DNA from: Octopus bimaculoides
Taxonomy: Eukaryota
Assembly (NCBI RefSeq): GCF_001194135.2
Contig: NC_068981.1
Span: forward strand, 31,903,010-31,966,921
Length of the DNA stretch: 63,912 bases
Reading direction: 5' to 3'
Positions 24,332 to 37,367 of the stretch are shown piece after piece. The translations under genes were made by a program, and so were the position numbers. Each line of letters opens with the position of its first letter. The stretch's first letter is position 1. The notes beneath the pieces were generated by a model. That model did no database searches. It was not told the DNA's origin and was given only the letters and a program-made list of their open reading frames with translations.

Positions 24332-24796
24332 TATATATATATATATATATACAAGATAGTATATGCGTTATTATTTATACCTCCTAAGAAGAAAAAATAC
24401 TGAATTTATCTAAATATCTATTTAGACTCCTATCCTTCCTTATCTGAAGTATCTCTGAAACTCAATTTTGCTTTTTTTCTTGCACTGGTTGCACAAATTA
24501 ATGGGGCGCATTCAATAGTCACTTCGCTACAGACTCGTGTCATTGTGAAAAAGATACTAACGATAATTTTGTATGTTATCCGATGATATTTAATGATGAC
24601 ATAATGTCTGAAGCATAGATTACATTAATAAAACTTTCTAACTTGTATGTTGTACTTTTGAATTTCCATTCTATACCAAAATGCATTGAGCTGTTTCCTA
24701 TTATAATTGGTATTTCAAGTTTACACTAAATTACATGCGACTAGTAAAATAATACAATGTTTTCTTCTTCCTATCTTCTAATACACTTACATAAAT

Positions 24797-24833
<37 letters not shown>

Positions 24834-24839
24834 ACACAT

Positions 24840-24922
<83 letters not shown>

Positions 24923-25509
24923 ACACATGCACATATATACGCATGTATGTATTTATAATCACATATAGTTCCATGTGTGTGTGTACATACATAGGATTGT
25001 TTATTTGGGAGTTACATAATGCACCGATTAATTGTACGGCTGAAAACGTGTTGCTTAATAAACGATTCATTCAGTAATGGAAGGCGCAAAGGCATCTTTG
25101 TTTCTGTCAGTACTTCCTTCCGACCCATTTAGACTAAACTGGAATTTCGAATGTGAGCGTTTAACTATTTGACCTTATAGTCAATAATTGACTATGAAAA
25201 GTATACAATGAATTGAATGAGAGGAAAAAATATCAATACGCTAGGGTTACATTGTACAATGTGTGAACTTCGAACAATCTGTCACTCAGTTTATTTCTCC
25301 TTATAGGTATATTTATATATACAAGCATACATATATGTATGTGCATATATATATATATATATATATACATGCATACATACATACATACAAACACTTACAA
25401 ACATATTTACACGCGAGAATTGTACTCAAACTAATGAAAAAACAGATATAACACTTTTATTAACTGCCATATGTCCTTCAAATTGCTCACGTTTAAAGCA
25501 ATTATTCTG

Positions 25510-25810
25510 CTGGAAAAAGTCTTGTTTCTGTTCTTCAATACAGGCAAATAATGTGTGCCAAATGGAAGAAAGGTGGAAACGAACTGCCATTGAGTTCTTT
25601 GATAAAGAATGTGTGCAGGATATCCGACATAGCCAGAAGGCTGCAAGTTATTTATAGATATGATATCATTTAAAAGGGTCATATGAAAAGATATGAGAAG
25701 ACGTGTATATATATGAAAACAGCGTTGGAGACATACCAAGCAGTGGGAGAGGAACGAGTACGACCACTCACAAATCTGCAAGCAGAAGAATTTAACTCCG
25801 CAGTCAAGTA
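25510..25810 (+). mobile_element. Possible RTE-like LINE 3' fragment, highly decayed
   Basis: SVLQYRQ..., VCQMEE..., RRLQVIYRYDII*KGHMK loosely resemble the RTE C-terminus (LRW.GHV.RME...RPQLRYKDV.KRDMK); needs frameshifts. Confidence 0.35.
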
Positions 25811-25869
25811 GCACTCTGTAGCACTCTGTGATTGCTTAATGCATTACAGGTGTGATGTCACTGTAGGTA

Positions 25870-26200
25870 TAAGAAAGTGTTTAAAAAGAGTACCCGACCC
25901 TTAACGACAGATTTGAAAAACAGGTGAATAGAAGTCTACATTGATCAGATAGAACCGCTTGAAAGCAATGTAAACTATTTTTCTCTGTACTGATATCGGG
26001 TGATGAAACGTTAGCGTAGATTTATGCTCCAGAAAAGAAAACTCCTTATGTGAAATGGCGTCATAACTCTTCAAAGTCTAAGACGTTTAAGAGTCAGCTT
26101 TCAACACGGAAAGTTATGGCAACTGATTTTTGAGATAACAAAAGTTTTCTTCTTGATTTTCTCGAACGTGGGTGCAACATGAACAAATGCGGTACAATTA
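25870..26200 (+). mobile_element. Mariner transposase fragment, decayed
   Basis: ISGDETLA*IYAPE...KWRH.SS...FKSQLSTRKVMATDF*DNK..LLDFLERG resembles the first catalytic D region (TGDETW...KVMATVFWD). Confidence 0.8.
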
Positions 26201-26304
26201 AAGCTTCAAAAAGATATACATCGTATGTATATGTTTATATCTGTGTGTGTCTCTGTGTATGTGTATGTACGTATCCATGTATGTACTATGTAGGTAGGTA
26301 CGTA

Positions 26305-26356
<52 letters not shown>

Positions 26357-27134
26357 TGTGTGTGTGTGTGTGTGTGTGAGTGTGTGTCTGTGTGGGGGTG
26401 TGTATGTGTGTGTTTGCAGCACGTGGTAATACGACTTTAATCGACGGCGCCGGTCGCTTGTCTGATATATATGTATACCTATGTACATTCGTAGGAGTAA
26501 ATAGATTTTATTACAAATCTCTACAAGTATGTCGGCGCAGCGGTTTCAGCTTGCAATTGCTGAAAGTTACTTATATATTTAACACGTTGTGGCGTTTACG
26601 TAGTCCTAAAATATCTGTAAACATGCATACACTATTCAGTGTTAGATCATCTTTAGGTCTGTTTTATACCCACACCATTACGTTATTTTTAGCATTCCAT
26701 TGAAAAAGAACAATGCAAAGAGAGAAAGAGATATAAAAGAGGAAAAAGTAAGAGTAATTAACATATTCTTGGAAGTCTTTATTTTGGGCAGTTTAAAATT
26801 TATGTGTTGGTAGTTTTTCTTTATTTTGATTTTCTTTGTAATCTGCTGGGAATGATACATTATTCTGTGAATGCATTATTAACAAATGCATTATTAACAA
26901 AAGATATATTCAAACAATCACCTGAGGAGGCGCATTTTACACCTTGGATGTAAGATAATGATTACACAATATCTCACCGATGTATATCAAATATAAGAGA
27001 GTGTCGAAACAATTGTAGCGATTTGAAATAATGAAAGTAAAATATTCTATTTTCTCTCATCGATTTTTATTTATATAAACTCTACGAATACTATGAAATT
27101 CCTGTTGTATGTGTCCAATTGCAGGAACATTTCC

Positions 27135-27348
27135 TATTTCTTTACTGCCCACAGAGGGAACAAACAAGGACAGACACACGGATTAAGTCGATTAAATCGA
27201 CCCCAGTGAGTAACTGGTACTTAATTTATCGACCCCGAAAGGATGAAAAGCAAAGTCGACCTCGGCGGAAATTGAACTCAGAACGTAGCGGCAGACGAAA
27301 AACCGCTTAGCATTTCGCCCGGCGTGCTAACGATTCTGCCAGCTCACC
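27135..27348 (-). mobile_element. SINE family B, full length, with 14-bp TSD
   Basis: GCGGTGAGCTGGCAGAATCG (A box), GAGTTCAATTTCC (B box), tail AAGAAATA; identical flanks GCAGGAACATTTCC at 27121-27134 and 27349-27362. Confidence 0.95.
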
Positions 27349-27456
27349 GCAGGAACATTTCCACTGTATGATGATATCAAGTAGCCCCAAACTGTGGACC
27401 ATCTTTATATGGCAGTTTACAAGGTTTTTACCCGAATCATACTTAAGTATGTATAT

Positions 27457-27613
27457 AGGTGCAGGAGTGGTATGCTTACCAACCACATGGTTCCAGGTTC
27501 AGTCCAACAGTGTGGCATCTTGGGCAAGTGTCTTGTACTATAACCTTGGGCCAACCAAATGCTTGTGCGTGGATTTAGTAGGCGGAAACTAAAATATATA
27601 TATATATACATGT

Positions 27614-27681
<68 letters not shown>

Positions 27682-27860
27682 CCTCAAAATCGCTTGACAA
27701 CCGATGCTGGTGTGTTTATATTCCCCTACCTTAGCGCTTCAGCAAAAGAAACCGATAGAATAAGTACTAGGCTTACAAACAATAAGTTGTGGGGTCGATT
27801 TACTCGACTAAGGGCGGTGCTCCAACATGACCGCATTCAAATGACTGAAACAAGTAGAAA
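27457..27860 (+). mobile_element. SINE family A, full length with internal (TA)(TG)n
   Basis: Head with small deletion, ccaggttcagtcc, atcttgggcaagtgtc, internal microsatellite, gcggtgctccaacatg, gactgaaacaagta tail. Confidence 0.93.
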
Positions 27861-27953
27861 CAATAACATATGTGTGCATAAGTGTGCGCGTATGTATGTT
27901 TGTATGTGTTTGCGCGCATGTCTGTATGTGCGTATGAGTGCGTGTGTGCGTAT

Positions 27954-27985
<32 letters not shown>

Positions 27986-28017
27986 AGCGCGCCCGTGCCT
28001 TTGAGTGTGTGTCTATT

Positions 28018-28215
28018 CCTCGCAACCGCTGACAACCTCTGTTGGTGTATTTACGTCTCCATGACTTAGCGGTTCAGCCAAAAGTATTGATACAATAAGT
28101 ACCAAGCTTTAAAAACATAAGTACAGTGTTCGAGTCATTCAACTGCAAATTCTTCAAGGCGGTGCTCCAACATGGCCCTAATCTAATGATTGGAGCAGAT
28201 AAAAAATAAAAGATG
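28018..28215 (+). mobile_element. SINE family A 3' half, older copy
   Basis: gacaacc...ttagcggttcagc...aataagtac...gcggtgctccaacatgg. Confidence 0.8.
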
Positions 28216-28266
28216 CATATCTATGCATGCATAGTTACACACACACACACACACACGCGCATATAT

Positions 28267-28298
<32 letters not shown>

Positions 28299-28425
28299 GC
28301 ATATATGCACACACACACGTATATGTATATACATTCATGCATGCATAGGCACATCCCTATTAACATATAAACATGTGTGCCGCATATAAATAGATTGAGA
28401 GACAGACAGATACACACACACACAC

Positions 28426-28507
<82 letters not shown>

Positions 28508-28813
28508 AGAGAGGCCGCTATATTCGTCGGGGTATATAAATATGCATGTATTCAAGCAAGTGTAAATATATGTATGTTTCTATATAGTATGAATTTGTTT
28601 TTCTTAAAGGCAATGTTTCTCTCCATTTTTGCTTTCATTCTTCCAGTTATCACATATTTCAATGCAACTCTTTCGCTATTCTTCAATGTTTAATTAAAAT
28701 TTCGTCTAGGGTCTCTTTGATACGTTTATTTGTGCTAATGATCACATTCATACTATTAGTTTCAAAATCTTTTGTACAGTGTTTACCTACTTCAGTTTGT
28801 TATTGGAAAAGGC

Positions 28814-28830
28814 GAATAATAATAATAATG

Positions 28831-28902
<72 letters not shown>

Positions 28903-28930
28903 GTAACAACAACAACAACAACAATAATAA
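28814..28930. repeat. (AAT)n/(AAC)n microsatellite
   Basis: Direct reading; source of the poly-I and poly-N ORFs. Confidence 0.95.
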
Positions 28931-29376
28931 GCGTTCAGTTTCGAATTCAATGATATTGAGTTTGGCAACATATTGATTTAAATTTTTAGTGAACCATTTT
29001 CATTCTGCTGTATGCTTTATCAATGAAACGCAGAAAGTTTAGCTTTGCTTCCCCACAGCAACGCTAAATATTTTAAGAGAAAGATTCATATAAATGTCAA
29101 AATTCTACGAAATTCTAAATGTGGTATTAATAATAATTCTATATACTATTGTTTTCAGAACATTTTCGCCATCATAAAATTGTGTTATTATAGAGGAACA
29201 ATGCAAGACTAATGCAAATTCTGCCGTCAGAAATTATAACTTTTCTTCACTTGGAATATTATAAATTAACTAAAAGATGCAGGGCACAAATACAACATGC
29301 AACCACTTTCATGCATTCCATCATCCACTTACATTCGCGCTATTATATATACATATATGTATGTACATGTGTGTAC

Positions 29377-29418
<42 letters not shown>

Positions 29419-29479
29419 NNNNNNNNNNNNNNNNNNNNNNNNNNNNNNNNNNNNNNNNNNNNNNNNNNNNNNNNNNNNN

Positions 29480-29517
<38 letters not shown>

Positions 29518-30361
29518 GCATATATCCATATACATACATTACATATACATCCAATATATATATGTCTACATACATGCACACACATAAACACACACACACA
29601 TATATGTATGTGTTCAAGCATATATGTATGTATGCATGTATGTATGAATGTACACAAACATACACACTCAAGGGGAAAGAGGAGGATAGAGGGAACGAGA
29701 TTAACAATAAGAGCGTATACAAATTGATTTGTCGTGTTGGAGAGTATAATGAACAATTAATTCAATACTGGTGAGAAGGAAAATAAATACAGACTTTATG
29801 TCACGCTGCTACTAGCAAATCATTTCTTAAAAACTGCCGATCCAGTTTCAATCGTAGATTGAATCTGATTTATCTTAAAATAGCATCCTAAGTATATATT
29901 TCCAGTTATCATATGCAATATTGCTTCATGTGACTATGATTCATAAAATTACATACTAACGAATAAGGACAATTCACAATTATTTCAAAATTATAGTGAA
30001 AGGCATGTCAGTGTGTCACCCAAAAACTTTCATAAAGTTTATGTCTATCTGGTGGCATGGCTTGCTTGAACCAACAGCCAGAAATTACTCAGATCAAAAC
30101 CTGCTGTATTTAAAATTTTTTAAAGGGCATACTGGCTGATATTTTCACAATATGCTCTGTGCGGAGAAAAATGTAAATAAATGTCAAGTTAATCGACCTA
30201 CTGAATTCAGACTCTGCGCCTAAACTATAACAGATCTCCGTCTAAGTTGGATCTCCATCTTCGATATTGCAGTCTGGATTATTATGTCAAAGGATAAAAA
30301 ATGGCTGCTTAATAGAAGAGTACTTCGATGATTTTTATATCAGTTTTATGTATCCCTTCAG

Positions 30362-30420
30362 GGAGTTCACACCATGATAAGGGAGTTAAAACATAGTCCC
30401 TCCACAGACACATCTGATAG
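30362..30420 (+). CDS. Candidate 59-nt internal exon
   Basis: ttttatgtatcccttcag acceptor, AG|GTAAAT donor, single open frame GVHTMIRELKHSPSTDTSD. Confidence 0.2.
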
Positions 30421-30573
30421 GTAAATGTCACAGAATACATTTATCTATTAACTATTTTGATGGAGATAAAATAAAATATAGGAAATGTTTTCCAAGAAAA
30501 AACAAAAATGCCCATGTAAATTCTTTCACAAACAATGCTAAAGAATTTTATTAAAGAATTTACATACAGAAAT

Positions 30574-30611
30574 GCGGTGAGCTGGCAGTCTCGTTAGCAC
30601 ATTGGGCAAAA
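30574..30611 (+). mobile_element. SINE family B head, runs into gap
   Basis: gcggtgagctggcagtctcgttagcac. Confidence 0.8.
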
Positions 30612-31507
30612 NNNNNNNNNNNNNNNNNNNNNNNNNNNNNNNNNNNNNNNNNNNNNNNNNNNNNNNNNNNNNNNNNNNNNNNNNNNNNNNNNNNNNNNNN
30701 NNNNNNNNNNNNNNNNNNNNNNNNNNNNNNNNNNNNNNNNNNNNNNNNNNNNNNNNNNNNNNNNNNNNNNNNNNNNNNNNNNNNNNNNNNNNNNNNNNNN
30801 NNNNNNNNNNNNNNNNNNNNNNNNNNNNNNNNNNNNNNNNNNNNNNNNNNNNNNNNNNNNNNNNNNNNNNNNNNNNNNNNNNNNNNNNNNNNNNNNNNNN
30901 NNNNNNNNNNNNNNNNNNNNNNNNNNNNNNNNNNNNNNNNNNNNNNNNNNNNNNNNNNNNNNNNNNNNNNNNNNNNNNNNNNNNNNNNNNNNNNNNNNNN
31001 NNNNNNNNNNNNNNNNNNNNNNNNNNNNNNNNNNNNNNNNNNNNNNNNNNNNNNNNNNNNNNNNNNNNNNNNNNNNNNNNNNNNNNNNNNNNNNNNNNNN
31101 NNNNNNNNNNNNNNNNNNNNNNNNNNNNNNNNNNNNNNNNNNNNNNNNNNNNNNNNNNNNNNNNNNNNNNNNNNNNNNNNNNNNNNNNNNNNNNNNNNNN
31201 NNNNNNNNNNNNNNNNNNNNNNNNNNNNNNNNNNNNNNNNNNNNNNNNNNNNNNNNNNNNNNNNNNNNNNNNNNNNNNNNNNNNNNNNNNNNNNNNNNNN
31301 NNNNNNNNNNNNNNNNNNNNNNNNNNNNNNNNNNNNNNNNNNNNNNNNNNNNNNNNNNNNNNNNNNNNNNNNNNNNNNNNNNNNNNNNNNNNNNNNNNNN
31401 NNNNNNNNNNNNNNNNNNNNNNNNNNNNNNNNNNNNNNNNNNNNNNNNNNNNNNNNNNNNNNNNNNNNNNNNNNNNNNNNNTATATATATATATATATAT
31501 ATATATA

Positions 31508-32780
31508 TTCATAAAATTTATCTTGGAGGATAACTACTTCGTCTTCAAAGACAACTTTTATCGACAAAAATCGGGGACTGCGATGTGTACAAACATTTCC
31601 CCCTCCTTTGCTAACCTAGTCAAGGCATATATAGACATTAGTCTTTATCGTACCTTCTAGAAAAATACGGCAGCCCATTCCCCCTCTACATAGAAAATAA
31701 CTGGAAGAGATACCTGGATGACTGTTTCACTCTTTGTCATGAAAATAATAGAGATACTTAAAGAATTTCAAGCAATTATAAATGGACTTGACGTAAACAT
31801 TCAATTTACGATGGAATATAGCCATCAACAATTTCCCTTCCTTGACATCCTCATTAAGAAATATAACAACGTAAGAGAAACAGATATATACTATAAAGCC
31901 ATGGGCTCCTAGCAATATTTACCGTTCAACTCATGCCACCTCAGACACACTAGAATGAGTATCCCCGTGAACCTAGCAAAATGGATATGTACTATAGTTT
32001 CTAATGCAAGTATCACGGACACACGACTACATGAACTAAAGGATACACTCATCACCGGGAACTACTCACCTTCGCTAATTGACATATGCTTTCGACGTGC
32101 CCTACAACTCAACATCCACGAACTCGGACATCCCAAATTAAAGAAGGATTTACAACCAAAAGTCCTACCATACATCTCCACACACAACCCTCTTAACATG
32201 AAGCTTTCGACACCATCCTTCAAAACATTGCCCTGCTAAAAATGGACTACAGAATGAATTTTATCCTCCGAACACACACCATCATAAAAAGCAAGAGGCA
32301 GCCCAAATCTATGAAAAGTCTCCTAACACAAGCCCGAATACGCTCAACAACAACACTGAAGCCGTCAGTAAAAGAATGCGGAAGACCCAACTGTGGGATA
32401 TGCGTCAATTTAATTGAGGGATCAGAGCTCTCCTTCAAACAGGGACAACGTTTCACAGTGAAAAGCAGCTTNNNNNNNNNNNNNNNNNNNNNNNNNNNNN
32501 NNNNNNNNNNNNNNNNNCTACATCAAAGGATGGCTCTGCACACATCCCAGATCAAAATTCCCCAAAACAGAAAAATAGCATTCAGCCAACACATCGACAT
32601 TTGCGCCAATGATAAAAATTCAAGCTTCAGAATTTTTCACCCTCTACCAATTCAGGGACGATACAATCTGTAGCCAACGAATTAGTAAGGAGACTCTCTT
32701 TATTACAAAATACGGACCCCTTTTGAAATACATCTACAACAAACGACATATCCTCCATGACCTTAGAATAATACACACGC
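31508..32780 (+). mobile_element. Penelope-like retroelement (RT C-terminal half, linker, GIY-YIG region), decayed, 5' end in gap
   Basis: FILEDNYF.F...YRQKSGTAM...SPSFANL, RYLDDCF, IQFTMEYS...PFLDI, TDIYYK, YLPFNSCH..HT..SIP.NLA, CGRPNCGIC; in-frame stops at about 31660, 31912, 32239; the GIY-YIG motif itself would lie in the 46-N gap. Confidence 0.92.
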
Positions 32781-32906
32781 AAATATGAAAAAGGATACAT
32801 TCAAAAGAGATACCCCAAATCCATAAAAAACAGTCCCAATCACTGCTACCATCCACAACGAGCCACTTTTAGGTCACTTGACCATTTAACATCCTATAAC
32901 TCCCAC

Positions 32907-32982
32907 ATTCTTCTTCTTCTTCTTCTTCTTCACATTCTTCTTCTTCTTCTTCTTCTTCTTCTTCTTCTTCTTCTTCTTCTTT
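32907..32982. repeat. (TTC)n microsatellite
   Basis: Direct reading. Confidence 0.95.
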
Positions 32983-33000
32983 CATTTCTTTCATTTTCGA

Positions 33001-33150
33001 GGGGAAGGAGCAAGTCGATACGACTGACCCTGGGTACTTGAGTGCTACTTTATTTTATCGAGCTTTGAGGAAGACCAAGGTGGGATTTGAACTCAGAACT
33101 TAGAGAACTCGAAGAAATTACCTAAAGCACATTTCGCTAAAATTCATACC
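33001..33150 (-). mobile_element. SINE family B, degraded
   Basis: aagtcgat...gaccc...ttatcga...atttgaactcagaac. Confidence 0.7.
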
Positions 33151-34747
33151 AATCCAACACTTTTCTATTGAACATGTATATTGAAGCATGGAAAGATTAT
33201 ATAAAATAGTGAATTACCAGAAGATAACTCTTCTCACTGCTTGTGGAATTATATCAAAAAGCTATTATTACCAAAAATTACAAGTTAAGAACTATTACCT
33301 TTCACGCAAGATTATTCTTTAGTCGTGTATTATAAAAATAATTAGTACAAGCATACGTGATTCAGTCTAGGCCATTTACTTCCTTCATTGAAACTGTATC
33401 AGTACCATTATAATGGTACTGATACTAATGAGTTTATATTACAGATTGCATTTTGTCTGTAAACGAAGAGTGCAGATAAAATCACTCCAGTTCTGAGAGG
33501 AGATATTTATGCGCTTTTGCTGTATTTGAAAGTAACTTTAGAAAGGAGAACTAAGCACGTGGGAAACATTTTGATTCTAGAGTCTTTAACCAAACATAAT
33601 AAATATTACCCTGGAGCAATTCGCAGATGTTTCGAAGACAACATTCTTATCAAACAAATTTCAGAAAGGAAGGTAGCAGCTGAAGACATACTACTCGATT
33701 TAAAGTATACAGGAACATTGGTTATCATTTGGCCAGAAGTCCAGTAGGGGTAACTCTCTCAAACCAGTTTACACAACATGCTTTGTCTGAATGAAGACAA
33801 ACCAATCAACTGAATAGGAACAACTACAGATGAATGTAACATTTCATTAATTTTAGTAATAGGATGTTTTTTTTAACACCCTTGACTTTGTCAATCTTGA
33901 CTGAGTCAATAATTTTACAGTATGGGAAATGTATAATCAGAAAAACCAAGGTGCAGTGATGTCAAGATATGATTTTGTGATTGCGATTTCCAGCTTGCGA
34001 CAGATTCCGCGAAGAATACATAAAATATTGAGCTGTTTCGTATGCAATGGACGTTAGTAAACCATAATTTTTTGTTTAAATATCAAGAGGGAAAATATAC
34101 AGATATCCAATACCTGTCTGACATCATGGAACACCTGCATACACAAACACATATACATGTAACAACCCAATTAGTCTAGCCATTAGTTGAACTACTAATC
34201 ACCGTCTTTTTTTTTTTAATGAACGTAATATCAAACGACGGTTGAATTAAAGTTTCTAGAAATGTAAATCGAAGAGAAGCCTTTCAAAGCTATCATAAGA
34301 GCTACTAGAAAAATTTGACTAAAACTCATATTACCTTCTTCGAAATATATGAAAAATTAGATAATTTACATATCTAAGCAATGGCTGAAACAAAAGGACA
34401 ATAAAAGACTGGAATATTTGCAGTTGCAGGTCTTCTTGACTCAATCCTTATGGAATTACACACAATATCAAAAGGTTTATAACATAAAAGTTACGAACAA
34501 AGTTACGTGATGCTGTATTACAGCTGATTTATGTGTACGTATGTGTGAAAAATCAATCGATAATTGATGTCCGTAAATACTATCACAACATAGAACTCCA
34601 GACATTTTCCAATAATGTCATTGTATAATGGCGTTGTACCAGTCAAAAGAGGATATTGGATATTTCATAAACGTGTCACTATTGAGATTTTCAATTCATC
34701 CTCGATTCTGAGAAAGTAGATATTTTTGTTGTAAATTATTATTATTA

Positions 34748-34834
<87 letters not shown>

Positions 34835-34914
34835 ACACACATACATATACAAATAAAGTCATAAATGACGGGGAAATGTTTTGACCCACGGGGATGCTGC
34901 TGATGTTGCATGCC

Positions 34915-36224
34915 CCTTTGACCTACTTGGGGATTTGGGAAATTGATAAATTGAGGGAGAAAGAAATTACAGAAAAATTTACGGTGGAGTAATTGCGCAG
35001 ACTGAGACTAAAACTTAAGTCGAAATTAAACGGACGGAATAAGATCAGAAGCTATCAATACCTGGGCGGTTTCACTCCTTAGATATGGAGTAGGGAGAAT
35101 CGCATGGACGGTAGACGAACTAAACAGCTTAGACAAGAAGACAAGGAAGTTGCTGACTAGATATTGGTCACTCCACCCAAAACGTGACACAGACAGACTG
35201 TATGTACCAAGAAAAAGAGGGGGAAGAGGACGTATTGGATGCAAACACAGCATTAGAACAGAAGAAAACAACATAGCATGGTATGTAAAAAATGCCACAG
35301 AACCGCTATTATTAGAAGTAAGAAGGTCAGTCAGGCTCATGTAGGATGAAAGATTGCAAACAAAGAATTATACAATTCAACGAAAACGAATGAAACTGAA
35401 ATTAGGTGGATAAATAAAAGAATGTCTGGTCAATTTCATAGGGATGTTGAACATAAGACAGACAGAGAAATAAGATGGCTGTGGATGACTAAAAGTGATT
35501 TAAAACCGGAAACGGAGGATGTAATCTGTGTTGCCCTACAGCGAGTACTAAGAACAAACTATATAAAATAGAGAATAGACAACACATCAGAAAGTGATAA
35601 GGGCAGAATCTGTGAAAAAAATTGGTGAATCCATATGGCATATTACCAGTCAATGTACGCCACTAGCCCAGTAGGAATATAAGAGACGCCACGATAATAT
35701 AGCCAGGCTTGTACGTTNNNNNNNNNNNNNNNNNNNNNNNNNNNNNNNNNNNNNNNNNNNNNNNNNNNNNNNNNNNNNNNNNNNNNNNNNNNNNNNNNNN
35801 NNNNNNNNNNNNNNNNNNNNNNNNNNNNNNNNNNNNNNNNNNNNNNNNNNNNNNNNNNNNNNNNNNNNNNNNNNNNNNNNNNNNNNNNNNNNNNNNNNNN
35901 NNNNNNNNNNNNNNNNNNNNNNNNNNNNNNNNNNNNNNNNNNNNNNNNNNNNNNNNNNNNNNNAGTAAGAAAGCAAAGACGACAGCAGTTGTGGTCGGAG
36001 CCCTGGGAACAATTAGTGAAAATCTTGAGAAGTACATGGAACAAATAGGGGTTGCAATAAGGGTGGAGCACTTGCAGAAAACAGCACTGCTTGGAACCGC
36101 TCGAATACTCCGGACGGTGCTCGAAAACTAATGGGCGTTACCTTAGTTCACTGGTAGAGAACAGCTGACACAGTAGTACATCTCCAGCATTGGAAGCTGT
36201 GCAAAGTCAATAGATAATAATAAT

Positions 36225-36256
<32 letters not shown>

Positions 36257-36270
36257 AAATAATAATACTC
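34915..36270 (+). mobile_element. R4/Dong-like non-LTR retrotransposon, 5'-truncated, with (AAT/AAC)n 3' end
   Basis: YLGI, SKLNGRNKIRAINTWAVSLLRY, LHPKRDTDRLYVPRKRGGRG, LKPETE, then VVVGALGTI...LQKTALLGTARILR; stop at about 36131; microsatellite tail 36210-36265. Confidence 0.93.
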
Positions 36271-37045
36271 AGACAGGTAGTCTTAGCAGTGAGCTCACTT
36301 TGATAAAATAGCTGCGGGCTATTGCCAAAATAATCCTGTTGATACTTCCTGGTCACGAAATTTGATACTAAATTTTACGGGTACACAATATATTCTCATG
36401 AAAAATGAGAATTGCAAAAATTGTGGTGTGTTTTTGTATCTTGAAATCTAGACATGACGGTAAAAAAACGGTTCCCATTTTTCGATTCAGCATAGCAAAA
36501 ATGATTGTAATGAGGAAAAAATGTCCTGGCAACAATGTTGGATTGTGTTACTGATTATTTTTGAAATTGTGCAGCATATTTTGAAATGAATCTATACATG
36601 TGTGTATCTCTACCTATCTATTTTGTGTGACTTTTCATACATACACACGCAGACACACACACGCGCGCACGCACACACACACATACGCACGCATATGCAC
36701 ACACATGCATGCACGCACACACTCGCACACACATCATAGACACGTGTTTGGGTTATAAAAATTGTACTCGCATGAATCAGAAGTACTCGCATGACGTTTT
36801 GTCTATAAATGTGTATGTGTGTTACTACGTATGTTGCTTTAGCAGAGAAAAATTGCAGGTTCATTCTTATACAAGAATAGGTGCTAAAGAATAGAGAGAA
36901 AGCGATAACATAAACGTCTATGAGGAAGGAAAAGAAGGAAACTCAGACTTTAACAGATATATAAATATATAGAATAATATGATATACAAAGTTACACTCA
37001 ATCTTAAATACATATTCTCATATGCAAGCTAGTTTATGGTTGAAA

Positions 37046-37099
37046 GTTGGCATGTGGATAAGGGTTGGCATGTGGATAAGGGTTGGCATGTGGCTGAGG
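37046..37099. repeat. 18-bp tandem repeat x3 (GTTGGCATGTGGATAAGG)
   Basis: Direct reading. Confidence 0.9.
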
Positions 37100-37367
37100 G
37101 CTAGTGGCATCAGTTTGTTAATGCGTATGTGTATGTATTGATGTTGATGTGTATCAAAGTGAGTGTTTGCTGAGGCAAATATGTGAGTGTATGTGCCAAC
37201 AATGAGTATCAGCTGCGTCTGTGTTATTAGTTGTATGTGCGTGTGTGTGTGCGTGAGTTGCGTGCAAATACATGTGTCCGTGCCTGTTGTATATGCGTGC
37301 GTATAGGGACGTGTTTCGGAAGCATGTATGGGTGTGTGTGCGTCTGGATAATTGATGAACGTAAGTA

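Noticed and set aside
26411-26420. TAATACGACT, the start of the T7 promoter (also at about 22101)
   Set aside because: Only 10 nt match, no CACTATAG; chance, not vector contamination
33517-33747. 76-aa ORF possibly from a LINE
   Set aside because: No diagnostic RT or endonuclease motif in any frame
18562-37099. Short regular repeats (11-bp and 18-bp units) considered as CRISPR-like arrays
   Set aside because: Contiguous tandem units without unique spacers, eukaryotic context, no cas genes
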